DNA of 64,000 bases, taken from NCBI GenBank assembly GCA_036172245.1, contig JAYWIR010000007.1, positions 806,001-870,000 of the forward strand. Reading direction: 5' to 3'. Position numbers and translations under genes: made by a program. The stretch comes from Raillietiella orientalis (taxonomy: Eukaryota). Below the pieces are notes generated by a model. That model did not search any database. It was given only the letters and a program-made list of their open reading frames with translations, and was not told the origin of the DNA. Shown here piece after piece: positions 40,001-52,799 of this stretch (positions are counted from its first letter, which is position 1; each line of letters starts with the position of its first letter).

Positions 40001-43000
40001 ATCGTGCTCAATCGCAGAAAGAATACCATTAACTTTTTCACGTTTAAATTTAAGGTTGCCTTGATTGCTTGGGAGATGAACCATATGGCACATTTCCATT
40101 GGGAGATGAGCCATGTGGCATCATGTATATTTACCTTTCCCAACAAGAAAAGATCAAATTTTTTTTTAAACATTTCTTGGAATTTTTCATGTTATTAGCT
40201 AAGTGAAAGTTGAGCACTAACCGACTTCGTACGCTGAAACAGCGGTTAGAAGTGCCAGATGCTAATTGCTTACCTTCCGCATAGGTTGCGTTTATGATCA
40301 TTCTACGTGTGATATCTGGAATTCAAGGCAATGCGCAGACTGAACAGCATTGTACTGGTCACCGATGCACTTCGACTTCAATGCTCGAACGCAAAAAACT
40401 TCGAGAAAAAGTTAATAAAGAACCACTTTCACATGGAAACAGTTATGTACGGAGGAATGACGATTCATGGCCAGATGTCGAGACAGACAATATGCCATTT
40501 TAAACATTCAGACGACTGACGTGCAGAAGAAATAGTGAATTCTGGTGTGGTGTTGAAGCAGAAAGCATTATCTGTGCTGTCTGCCTCTCAGCCCATGCAA
40601 TGCTTACAAGTCTCGTGAATCTGAGATCAGTAGATTGGGACTGATAGAGAGAAAACCGTTGTAAGCTGTTGAACGTGAAAGCATGCTAAGGCCTTTCGTA
40701 CGAGACAGTGAGCAGTGTGGAAAATGCTTTTTTTGTATTGCTACATTCAACTGTCTACAAAGTGCTTTGCAAGCGTTTTCGATTGTGTGCACACAATGTG
40801 TAAATTTTGCTGACGTTACAGCACAACAAACCAAAAAAGCTTCGTTTTGCAGCTCAGACAAAGACAACACTTTTGACAAAACAGTCTTTTCAATGAGGCC
40901 TTGCATACACTATAAAAGAATGATCTCCATAAAGCTCGACTCATAGCGCTATAGCGACAGCCCGAAAGAGAGCACAGATGGGACGAAAATATGGATAGTA
41001 CACGATCGAAGTTTTCTTTCAGCCTGTGAACGAAGGAACTGAAATAGTCCATGGATTAGTGGAACTATCCATTCCATTGTATTTTCAGTATAGACAATCA
41101 AATTTTACATTCAAACAGTATTGGAAGACAGCTCTATGGTTGTTTATTGCTTTAATGCCAGTGGACAATTCCTCAAGCAATGGATTTACGAAGCATCGCG
41201 ACGTGGTCGTCGCGATGCTTCGTCCAGTCGCGATCCCCAACTTGAATTTTCAGTAATGTGAAAACCACAGTACAATTAATAATTCCTTGATGGATCTAAA
41301 GTGCTAAATCAGCAGAATCATCCATCCCCTTTCTGCATTCACACCAAACATGCAACTCACAAGAATGAAATGGATTATCGTATCTTTTCATTCGAGGACG
41401 CCGCAGAAGGCTGTAGAAATGACGAAAAGTAATCGTTTTTCAAAATTTATTAAACGAAGTAGCCTTATTTGATCTTACGATATTGCTTTTTATATATTTT
41501 TTTAATGTAATCTCATTCACTTCTCTGCTTAACATGACTTAAGTTTCATTTGCCCGGTATCACACAGAACTTCAAATGCATATTGGATCGCTTTTGAAAC
41601 GCAGCATTGTGATCATTTTCTATAGTAATATATTAAATCACTGTAGTCAATTAAATCGAACTCATCAGTTAATTTATACTCATAAGGAGGTTATTATTCG
41701 AGGTTCATTCTGCTTTGCGATTTGTTTCATGCGTGTACTTGCTAATGGTTGTTCATGGGCTTTCTAATGTTCAAGCGTTGGCATAAACAATTGAAAAGTC
41801 TGAGTATTTCAAAATTTTGATTCTTGTGAAGATTATTGTAAATCGTGTAAATCATATTATAAAAGTATGTACAACCCATGAGATCATTTGTTTAGATTTC
41901 TTTTGAAAGTATTTTAACTTGGATTATCATCACAAAGTGGAGATATGAAACTTGCCATAAGATATCGTGCTTATAAATGATTTATTGCATTCTTGGGGAA
42001 TTAGGATCAACATTGCAACCATGAAATCCACGAAAACATTACATGATTTATGAATACCAAAATATTGTATCATGAATAAGAATGTAGTGTTCAAGTTTTG
42101 GGGAAATAATCGGAGTAATTTACTAAATATTTGTGAGGACCGTCCATTTTAAGGCATTTATTGTTTGACAACATATAACACGCCATATAATGTTATCTAC
42201 GGTGCGCATCCAACTCTTTTTTGAAGACAACTAGGACTCCACAAAAACAAGAGAAAGCTCAGTTCCTGGAGGAAAGTGATATCAGAAGGAATCTTTTGAC
42301 CTGTGTACAAAAGATTCCCTCCGATATACAGAACTAGTCTCACACTCATGATAGATCATTAAGGGCTACTGCTACTATGGCAGACATTTATGGAATTATC
42401 GTTTTAATATAAACAAATGCAAAAGAGACCACCACAAAATGGAGAATAAATATTTTGACACATAATGAATACTTCCCAACTCATGCATCAGACGGATGAA
42501 ACACAGCACCGATTCCAACATTTTTCCTATTTAAGGTCTCCATTATCAAAAGCATCTAACAAATCTGGCTTCAATTGCAATACACCATTGGTACCTGAGG
42601 CTATTCGGTGACCGTGACATTTACTTCGAACTTGGCTCTGAATTTTTTCGAGGTCCTCATGACGTTTAATTTCCCACGCGTAATCACCTTAAATACCATA
42701 TTTAGTTTTTGCTTTCAACAGCTTTGCTTTCTGTTATGCTAGGTATAATACATAAATCCGAAATTGTCATGTCCAAGAACTTAGTAGAGAACAAATGGAG
42801 AATATTAGTAAGTATAGAATCTAGTGGTACAGGTATAGTGTTTAAAAAAAAAAGTTGCCCAGATCGAGTGCACTTGTGCATGCAGACTTTGTTTGCCAAA
42901 AAACAAGGTTAGCAATCTCATAATACTTTGTATTCTGTTATGCTGGCAAATCATATACCTTCCAAAAGTATGGCCAGTGAAGTAATTCATTTTTCAATTA

Positions 43001-43159
43001 AAAGTAAGGAACTTTTTCCAATCAAGCCCCTTAAAATCATACTATATCTCACAAAAGTACTTTATTCTGAAAAAGGCTGAGCAAACAAATGCATCAGATA
43101 AATATGTTCTAAGCATTTAATTTGCACTTCGGAAGTAACTTTTTATCTCAAAGTATCAT

Positions 43160-46100
43160 TTATGCCTGTTGGGCACGTTGTTGGATCTTTTGCTGCATCT
43201 CTTCACTTTGCAACTGTTTGTAAGTAAGCAAGGATACCCCTAGCTGGTTCTCTCGAGTGAATGGTTGCGCCATTTGCCTTAACCATTTCTTACAAATCTG
43301 TACAGCTTCTTCTGTAGTCAAATTACATAAACTGTCTTTAAGGTATTCTTGAATCCACTTGGGAAGTTTCCCTCTTTTATCACTTCTACAGAACCGCTAG
43401 AATAGATAAACACTACTAAGAAAAGAAAACAGAAAACCAAAACTCACTCGGTCTGCAAACAGCATTATCCCATAATCTGTCTTTCCTCTCAAGACTCTTC
43501 CAACACATTGGGCTGCATGTCTCATGGCATCAAATGTTAAAAAATCATTTTCTCGTATCTGCAAAATGCATTCCAGCTACTTTATCATGCATTAATTTCA
43601 GCATTTGAAATTTATTATAGAAACCAGTTTATATGCATAGGGAACAATTAGTAATACTGGTTATTTAAAAAGCATTTTCTCAGCATAAACATTAGATGAA
43701 CTTATTCAGCAGTTACTAATTTTCCAGTCACCAAAGTCAAGTATTTCTCATTTGTATAAGGCATTTTACATCAAACAAATTAACCAAACCTTCAGCATAT
43801 AAAGATGTCTCATGAGCTCAATCCAACACAACCACTTTGTCATCAAAGCAGAAACATCTCTCACTGAACTACACACATTCCATTTCACAACAGAAAATCA
43901 GACTTTCACTAAAATTAAGGAACACTTACATACTTGGTACCTTTTATTTTCAAAATTCAAATGCAGTTCCAAAAGTGAAACAAAATTTAAATTATTTTAC
44001 AGACATGAAGTTAAATTTAATGTACTAGGTGGATGGGTACAATTAAATTACTGACCTGAAACTGTTCCCGCAAATATTCTAACCGAGCCTTGAGAACATT
44101 GCTTTGAGTGTACATATATGGGATTCCAAACATAAGCACAGCTCTACCAAGGTGATGATCAAAATCAACTCCTTCTGATACCTTCCCTCTTGCCACCGAT
44201 AAGAGCACAGCTCCACGACCATTTTCACATGCCTAAAAAAACTCTTCATTTATTTATCTTGCCACTAATACTTACTTTAACATAATTCAGAAGAGCTAGA
44301 CTTGTCTCAGCTACATCTTGTGTTTCTATAAACACAAGCTTAAATTTCTGGATCTTGTCAATAATTCCCTGATCATACCAAGATGCAACTATATTTTCCA
44401 TGTACATATATGATGTGAAGAAGCACACAATTCCATCAGGCACAATAGTTGCAACATCTACAAGAAGATTTCCATAATTACGAATAACAGCTACATCTTC
44501 TCGGGTTTCAAATTTCGATGATATAGCCACCTGATCATTACCTCTTGCAACAATCTGAAATGATCTCCATTCATTGTCACAAACACATGAAAGGATCAAG
44601 ACAGTGGATGCAAACATGATCCACAAATGCAATCAAAAAAAAAAAAAAAAACAGAAGGCTAAGATACGCAAGACTTGCTTTTCTCAAGCTGTTTTTAAAA
44701 CAGGATTGCTATTGATTTTTACATCAAGAAACAAAAAAACACGAAAAGAAATGGAAGCAAAGAAAATCTGCAAACATTACCAGTAATAAAAAAAATAAAG
44801 CATTTTACTGCTAAAAACAAACAATCAGCTAAGCATAAGTCCATATTTTCTATAAGATTATTCAAGTCAAATGTTTTGACTTAAGAAATATAAGTCTCCA
44901 AGCTTGCCTTACCATGGGCAATATACATGGTCTAGCCAAAGTCATTACAAAAGAAGTCATTACTACAGGATGGAAATCCAAAATTTTAGGATACATGTCT
45001 AGTGGTGATAATGTACCAGAGGTGATAACAACAGTTTGGAAACGATCAAAAACAGGTCTGATGGCAATTGATGAATCCAAACAGCTAAAAAGTATCATAT
45101 CGACTCCTATCTAGTTCATTACTAGTTGATCTACCTGAAATGGAGCACAGGATTCAGAACAGTTGGCTGTTTGTCATCAAACGGCTCAATGAGAATGGTA
45201 AACCCTTTAGTGTAGGAGCTCACTAGTGTAGCAAAATACGTCAATACAATTAAGGAAGAGAAGTCCGACATATCTGTAATTTCAAGAGACCGCAGCAAAC
45301 TTGCCAGTCTCTCAGCACAGAATCTGTACATTTTCTCTTATTAGCTACATTTCAGTTTACTAGAATCATTTACTTTAATGGCTTTCTCTCTATGCAAACT
45401 TTCTGCTGGCAATCTTTTAAAAATCCAGCAGGACTCTCCTGAACAACATGTTGCACACGCATACGAAGCTTGATATACTCAAGAAATCTTTTCAAGAAAA
45501 CAACAAAATGTAAAGCATTACGAATGTTTCCTGGAACAGCCTCTAAAACATGTGCACTCAGCTGACCACAGTTAAATCACAAATAGCTACCATAAAGTAT
45601 TTCATTGGATAGTATGGGATTGGCCAAAATGACATCTGTTTCTCTTTGAAGCTGAGCATTTTGAAGTCCTTCTATTAGACGAGTATATTCTTGCTGCAAT
45701 TTCTTTTGATCTGTTTCTTGTATACTGTAAAAGTGTCCCAAAAATTTTTAATTGTTCCCTCTGCCCATTCAATCTCAATACATTTACAATTCAATAGTTT
45801 GCTGCAGCAATTGAATACTGTTTTGGCAACGGTCCAGCATTTTCCGTGTGATATGCACACTCATAGAATCGATGCAAACATTGTCTGGTTTAAATCATAC
45901 ATTTTCATGTGCACTACTGATACATTTACTCACCAATGTTATGGGCTTCATCAAAGACAACAACAGAAGACTTGGACAATTCTTTGGAAACAACATCAGC
46001 GATCTTTGGGTCCAACAAATAATGATAACTGAATACAATAACATCTGCTTGTAAAATCTGAACCTTCAAATTAAGCAACTAAAGAATAAAATGAATACAT

Positions 46101-47388
46101 TACTGCACGACGTGCTGTGAAATATGGGCATTTTCCACTTGTAGTTCCAAGCTGTTTCAAATCATCAAGACTGTATACACCTGTTGGTAAGCACACAGCT
46201 TGGTTATCACTTTCTAGTTTCTCAAAAAATGAGCACACTTCCACAGAGCTATCCTTTAAGTGTTTAGCACGAACATATGAAGCAGTCAGTTGATGACATC
46301 TAGCATCTACCACTTTTCCATCTCTTTCTTTAGAGACCTTTTAAAAATTTACATGAACAATAATAGTAGTAACATCATCCTAATTAAGAGCACTGAGAAT
46401 TCAAAAACTTACTTCTGGATGAATACATAGATTCTTTCTAGAACTCAATGCTAGTCCAAGAATGCTTACATCTTCATTATTTTTCTTATAATAATTGACA
46501 AGTTTTTTCAGCTCTAGGAGTACTTTCTCAATTTCTGGTACTGTTCTTGAACAGTAAATGAGTTTTGTTAATTCTGATGGATAATTTTTCAGATATGCTA
46601 AGATTAAAGATAGGAGGGAAATAGTTTTTCCTGTTCCTGATGGCATTTCCAGTAAGCAATGACCCTAGAACATAGATGCAAACTTGCAGTCATAATATTC
46701 CCAACAATCTGAACTAAAATATAACAAAACAATAATTGTTACCTTTGCATCAAGGGCAGTCTTCAATTCAGCCATATAAGAAAACTGTTCTGGATAAATG
46801 TATTCATATGGAAATAAAACTGTTAAGCCATCAACTTCCAGCCTAACAAATCGGAAGAATTTTATACCAACAATTACGATTCTCACAACACGCACATAAT
46901 GTTGGACAATTTTTTGCAAATTTATGCAACTAATAAAAAACGAAAATTTCCCTCATACTAAAAATTGCAAACGGTCCAGATTAAAACAGAAACCTCGTCT
47001 CTTGTCTCTATAAGTTCTTAAATAAGCAATCCCTGAAGCTTCTACTTCAGTGAAAAAAGGCTAAGTTGGTCATTTTCTGGAGTCTGAATCAACTACCGAT
47101 GTCCTCGTAGTAGAACTCAATGTTTTGAATTGTTCATTCTACAAACCACTTTAAACTCGGATTTTCTTTACAAATAAAACAATACAACAAAGCAACACAA
47201 CTTGTTTTATTAAACGAAAACAGTGGTAAGCTTCATCGCATTATATTGCTATGATGTAAAAGCCCAAACAAAAGCATATTTTTTAAAAAAACAAACAAAC
47301 ACTATCAGTTGAAGTAGCCAGGCAAAGAAGATGCACAACTGATTACATTTAAAAGATAAGAATTTACATATAACAATTTTTACCTCAT
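43160..47388 (-). CDS. ERCC2: TFIIH helicase XPD, 14 exons, 759 aa
   Basis: Exons 47388-47384, 46842-46743, 46664-46413, 46337-46104, 46057-45934, 45884-45788, 45724-45591, 45542-45374, 45323-45135, 45084-44913, 44554-44276, 44232-44056, 43558-43448, 43396-43160 (2280 nt). Motifs [19 protein letters not shown], four Fe-S cysteines (NLCIHP, ARCHQ, VCSFF, KCPYF), [45 protein letters not shown]. Confidence 0.98.
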
Positions 47389-47924
47389 ATTTCTGACATT
47401 AAATTTTCTTCGAAAATTCACAGCAGAATCAAAATCTTAACCTTCATCCTTCGTACATCCTTCGTTTCCAGGAATCAGGATAAACATTACTTTCCTTTGC
47501 CGTTCACTTATGAATTTACCAAGTTACCGGATCATAACGAAAGTTATTATTATTGAGCACTGAAAAATTTTTTTGGTAATTTGAAAAAAAATCAATACTT
47601 TGCAATTATCTTGGAATTTATACAAATTCCCAACTTTGTAATAATTTTTTATTTAAAGAAAGGTTGATAACAGCACGTGCTTCACAGCCGCAGAATTCTT
47701 AGAAATGCATTCCAAAAATACAAGATTTTACTAGAAAATAGTTACTAGTTCTAAAAACTAGTTACACGTTATAACAAAATCGAAGTTCCAATTGGATTCA
47801 ATTCTAGAAATACCTAATATTGTCAGTTCATAAATGCGTAGCTATGGTTTTCTTGGTCGATTAAAAGTATTTTTATATGTCTCATTTTTCCACTGCAACG
47901 TCATAAGATCTTAAAAACATTGCA

Positions 47925-48480
47925 ACCTACATCATTGCTCTTTCCATCTTGAAATTCTTTGACATTTTATTAGTCTCCTTTTCATACCAGTTCACATTCC
48001 TTTAGATAAACTGTCACCTCACAACAACAATTATGCATGACTACAGTAATGACAACAGTTCCTACAATACCATATTCCCACTCATTTTACCAATATTCTC
48101 ATCCTTTTTACTTCCTACGCATCTTACACTGATGTCCTAGTCATTCTCGCTTACAAACAACCCACAAGCAGCATTAATCCAAATAACCGCCTCAACAACT
48201 ACTGAATCCTCGGATATACTAATCATATCCACAACTCAACCAAAGCATGACCACCACTGTTTTCACTAAATCTACTGCCATACATTCACTCATAGCGCTT
48301 CTTAGTAAATTAGCCTATAGGCTTCATCAAATCCATCTCTTGTAATCTCATCCTTCGCATCATTGCTCACTAACGAAACTACCACTCTCAACCAACATCT
48401 AAGATGCCACCTGTAACAGTACTATAAACAACTCAAACGACCTTTCTATCATCAATGCAATTTCAGCATCATTTCTCATG
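47925..48480 (+). mobile_element. Decayed non-LTR reverse transcriptase relic
   Basis: IIALSILKFFDIL (LDxxKAFD-like), ASYTDVLVILA (YADD-like) and HNSTKA..LFS in RT order. Strongly A/C-rich, G-poor strand skew. Confidence 0.5.
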
Positions 48481-48849
48481 CTATTACAGGTTCTCGATCC
48501 TTTTGCACTAAAAAAGTTCCTCAGCATTCCTGATTAAAAAAATCCGCATTTCCAAAATTATGTAGGGTACGCAGTCAAACGGACTGCTGTCACAAATCTC
48601 CTACCATTTGCAGATACATTATCTAACAGAGTGATCGCTGACTTATACTTTAATTTGAGCTTCTCGTAAAAATTATTAGGAAAATTCTTCATTTGAGAAT
48701 CACATTGCTTCATATTGGACCTGTCCCTCTGAACTACCTATGGAGTTGTCATCGTCACAGACTCATGGAATTCTCTAAACTTTTGATCATGTCTTCCTTC
48801 AACGCATGGTCAAAAAAACGCTCTGATTTACTTGGTCTTAACTGGTAGC

Positions 48850-49400
48850 GTCGCCTAGAAGCGTTTTGTATCTGTCGCCTCGAAAGATTTCTTCTTTCTG
48901 AGGTGTTGAGGGCCCTAGAAAGTGGGCCAGCTCATCCACCATGCGCCAGGCTGTAGTCCTACCTTCCAAACTACAGTTTGCAACCTCCAGGGTGGGAGGG
49001 TCTCCTGAACGATTGTAGTAGTGATCAGACTTTCAGGTGGATGGTGAACAGGTCAGAAAGCCGACACAGCCACTCTAAATGTGGGGAATACGAGTGATGG
49101 GACTATAGGATGCTAAATACTCCTGTGCAAAGTTGGAACTCTCCGTGAAGGAGATGGTGGTCCCTCAGATATGCAATGATAGCACAATGCTGCCCCTCCC
49201 TCTGCAACACTCGACGTCGTTTCTTCATTTTGGATCTCCATGCAAAAGCGAGGTTGTCTGGACCCGTGGAAAATGCTCCTTACACTGCTAGAAGACCGAG
49301 ACGAAACTCCACCCATTGATGGAATGTGATGCCCTTCTGTAAGGATGAGGGAAGCTATGCGTAGTTTTCTCGAACCCAACAGACAGCTCACTGGACTTAG
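48850..49400 (-). mobile_element. Decayed LINE AP-endonuclease C-terminal relic
   Basis: Minus strand KSDHY...GRTTAWRMVDEL fits the APE-end pattern SDH...GxxxWRxNxxLL. Confidence 0.45.
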
Positions 49401-52400
49401 TATGGAATTACTTTATTTCTTCATCTGAGATTCTCAGCGGCTGCAGTAATGACGATAATGTTCTACGTTCATAGAGCATCACATCATTAGCACTCCTGAG
49501 GCGAGATGATCGTCATCAAGAATCTATTTTTCCTGCCATTGCCATGCCAGCAGTTTGCCAGCAGATTATATGAAATCTGACGACAGCTAATACGCTCGCG
49601 AAAGAGGAAAACTCGGAGGTTGGGAAGCACGATTTCGAGAACGCCCCTGATCCCTCTTTTTAATATTCCCATCCAATCATTTACTTTGTGTTTATTTGTT
49701 GCATGTTTTCTCTTGTGCAACCAACTCTCCTTCTGGATGGAACTCGAAGTGAGCTTTTTTCTTTACAGAAGTGTGTAGGAGAAAGCTTGCTTCTTCGTTT
49801 TTTATGCTCCACATCTTTTTTTTCGACCAGCGTCTTGGCATAGAAAAATGAAGTGAATAAAATATGAGTGAAGGTTGTGCATATCGCTGTCAACGATATA
49901 TATTTCACCAGCTCAAATCGCAATATCGTTACCACCAAATTGCCTATCATTTTCCTGAGCATTTTCAACGCTTTAGCCTCCATAAGCTAAAAATCTATAA
50001 ACTTGCAGTTAAAATAATGGCATTTCTTTCGCAAATTCAGTTTCCACTTTAATTAATCTGGCGCACCTCTCACGGAAATTAATTAATGATCCGCTGGCCC
50101 AACGAGAAAATATCCTTTCGTAATGTCTCTACTTCAGAGAAATTTTATGTCTTCTACTTCCCTTTTGGGTTAACTTCACTTCTTCACTTGGCATATTCGT
50201 TAAACCTACACTAACCTTTAACTACAATACTTCACCCCCTATTGCAAGCGGATTCGACCCCACAAGTAATGAAGGTATCCCACATGTTTCTATCCAGTTC
50301 TTCTTAATCACTATTATTTTCTTAATCTTTGACATGACCATCCATTATCCTTCCTCTATCTCTCTTCCCATTTTCACATCCATTTCCCATCGACATTTCA
50401 ATGGAATTATTAAATTTGCTTCCAATCTCGGGATTAGAAGACACAACGCTGAGAATAATTGACTCCCAAGCAAAAACAACCTCCTTGTTTTGCAGAGCAA
50501 TGCACCGCGACTCTTTCAGTAACTACATATGTTTTCTTTCCAACATCTTAATACTCTTCATATCAAGACTTCTCGTTCTCTTAACAGTAACGTCCTTAGG
50601 ATGTATGTTCTCCCTTCAGAATGAATATCTTTCTGAAGCGCTACATTCATCATCAGCATTTTTTCCTTCATTCTTCTCATTGGCCAACACATTTTGTTTC
50701 TCAGAGGAACCTTTTTTGTCCTCAAACCTACACTCAACCGATTCATCTCTCTCCACTTCATCCCCCCCACCCCCCTTCCATGCGTATAGCAGCATCAACC
50801 TTTACTTTCTTCACGAAAACCTTTGCATAAACTCTCTGATAGTCGAAGCAAATTTAGATTTATTACCTTTCCAAAAATTCTTCATCGTAGGCAATCTAAC
50901 TTACTTTTATCAAAGAAGCGAAATCGCGAAAATAGAAATGATTGATTTCTGAGAAAGTGGCATTTCTGGAATGTTGTCAAAAATGGTAGGTGAGGGAAGT
51001 ACCAAATTTCGTTTTTGTTTCCTTGCTGTTATACACAGTTCTTGATTTTCGGCATGACTTCCTATTTTCTACAATTTGCTTCTTAAATATTCGTTCCATT
51101 TCTATTTATTATAGACAGAATAATCAATATCTAGAAAGACTTCTTACTGTGTATGGAAAACGCCTGTTCCCGACTCTGCAACACTCATATTCAGAATAAA
51201 TATCGGAAAAATTTACCGATTTATTCAATAAAGTGCTTTACACTCTCTACAATACATATCGATCTGTATATTAATCTACAGAAGAAACATATCCTTCTCT
51301 TTGTTCTGATCTTTCGAGCCTTCGTTGGAATTTGGATCGGCTAACCAGAAGCGCGTGCGCACCGCAGGCCGCCGTTACGTCCCATGAGCGTCTCGCATTA
51401 CAGTGTTCCCATCCTCACAAAAGAGAGGAAAAGAAAGTACAAAATTGAGTGGAGACCACGGGACAGGTTTCGTGAGTGCAAGCTAATCAAATAATTCTTT
51501 TCCTAGATTGCTCTTAATACAGAATTATTTTTCGCCTCAGTTTTCACTCGGAGCATTCCCATCGCCTGATTTCAATAAGGAAACTGCATTCGAAAGAACG
51601 CTCTGAAAAGGGAAAGAATTCGATAAAAAAAATTGCTTTCTACTCAAATTTCGTAGCAAAATAAAGCAGATGCTTATACAAATAGTTCTGCGGAGTCGAA
51701 TTTGTTACGTGCAAGAAAGAAGCTGCTGTTACTCGTGCAAGATATGGTATTCATCGTGGATGTGAATGGAGACTTAAACATCAGACTGACAATAGAGAAA
51801 TTTGTGCTGATAGCGTGTGAAAATCAGCCTTCGATGGAGCAGATGAACTGGTTGACAGAGAAGTAATCATCTTGAAATCAGATGCTGTATTTCGAAATTC
51901 TTCTTTGTTCAATAGAGACACTATGCAGCAGGAGAATCACCGAAGATCGGGAATGATCCTGAACAAAAAAGAAACAGAATTCAATGGAGATGTAATCCTC
52001 TAGAAGAAGGAGTGCTGGAGCAGTTGATTCCAACTCCTCCTATCGCTAGTTTTTTCTGTTTCAAGTAAATCTGCCTTAACGTACTGCAAGAGCACAATCC
52101 TTTGGTCATTTCTACATGAGACATTTTCGGTCTCCTTCTTACTTGCCACTCGCATCTCACACAAGTGATTAGAAAAATTAGTGGCATGTTTGCAAAAGTT
52201 AACTACTTCATAGAGAGAAGCAATAGAAATTATGCGAACGTCATCTACGTTATGATATCTACGAGGAATTAGCGTACAGTGCCTTGATTACGAACGCTGT
52301 CCAAAGTTAAAGGCTGCTCTTCTAAGCGTTCCCTGATGAACGCACACGCATAATCATAAAAGGAAAATCATCACTAGCACCTAGCTAAAAACAGGGTGAT

Positions 52401-52799
52401 GGAAGAAGAGATCGTGATCCATGCAAATGCGTGGAAGAATTGTCTTCTTACAGAGACACCGCATGCGTCTCCACGATCTGAGGGCCTCTCACTCTCCAAG
52501 CCATGTTTTCATTTCGAATGTAAATAATCAGGTTCGGTCGTTTTTTCCGCCTGAGACCCTGGTGAGCCTAGGATCGTGAAGCCTTTTGACTTTCTGCGAC
52601 CCTTTGCTTGCACCCCCGTTCTAACATGGAAAGGTAGCGATTTCTCGAGTTTTCCATCTTTCAAGTTAAGCATTCCCAAATCAATGTGAAGGCGGCGATT
52701 CTCTGTGCTTCAGATCGGCTCCTCCTTTCTATTCATTTCAGTAATTTTCGAGAAGGAACACCTTAGCATCTACGCAGATAGCATGGAAAAGTCGACCCT

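Noticed and set aside
38600..41150. Possible hidden gene or transposase between mael and XPD
   Set aside because: Only short ORFs, with no recognisable domain or consistent exon chain.
26063..47388. Non-canonical or U12-type introns, or an alternative genetic code
   Set aside because: Every resolved intron is GT-AG with no RTATCCTT donor, and the proteins translate cleanly with the standard code.
26063..47388. Functional gene cluster or operon (DMAC2, SRPRA, mael, XPD)
   Set aside because: The functions are unrelated and the strands mixed. This is simple clustering of compact genes.
50240..50270. B-box-like GGTCGAATCC (minus strand) suggesting a tRNA or SINE
   Set aside because: No cloverleaf or A-box could be built.
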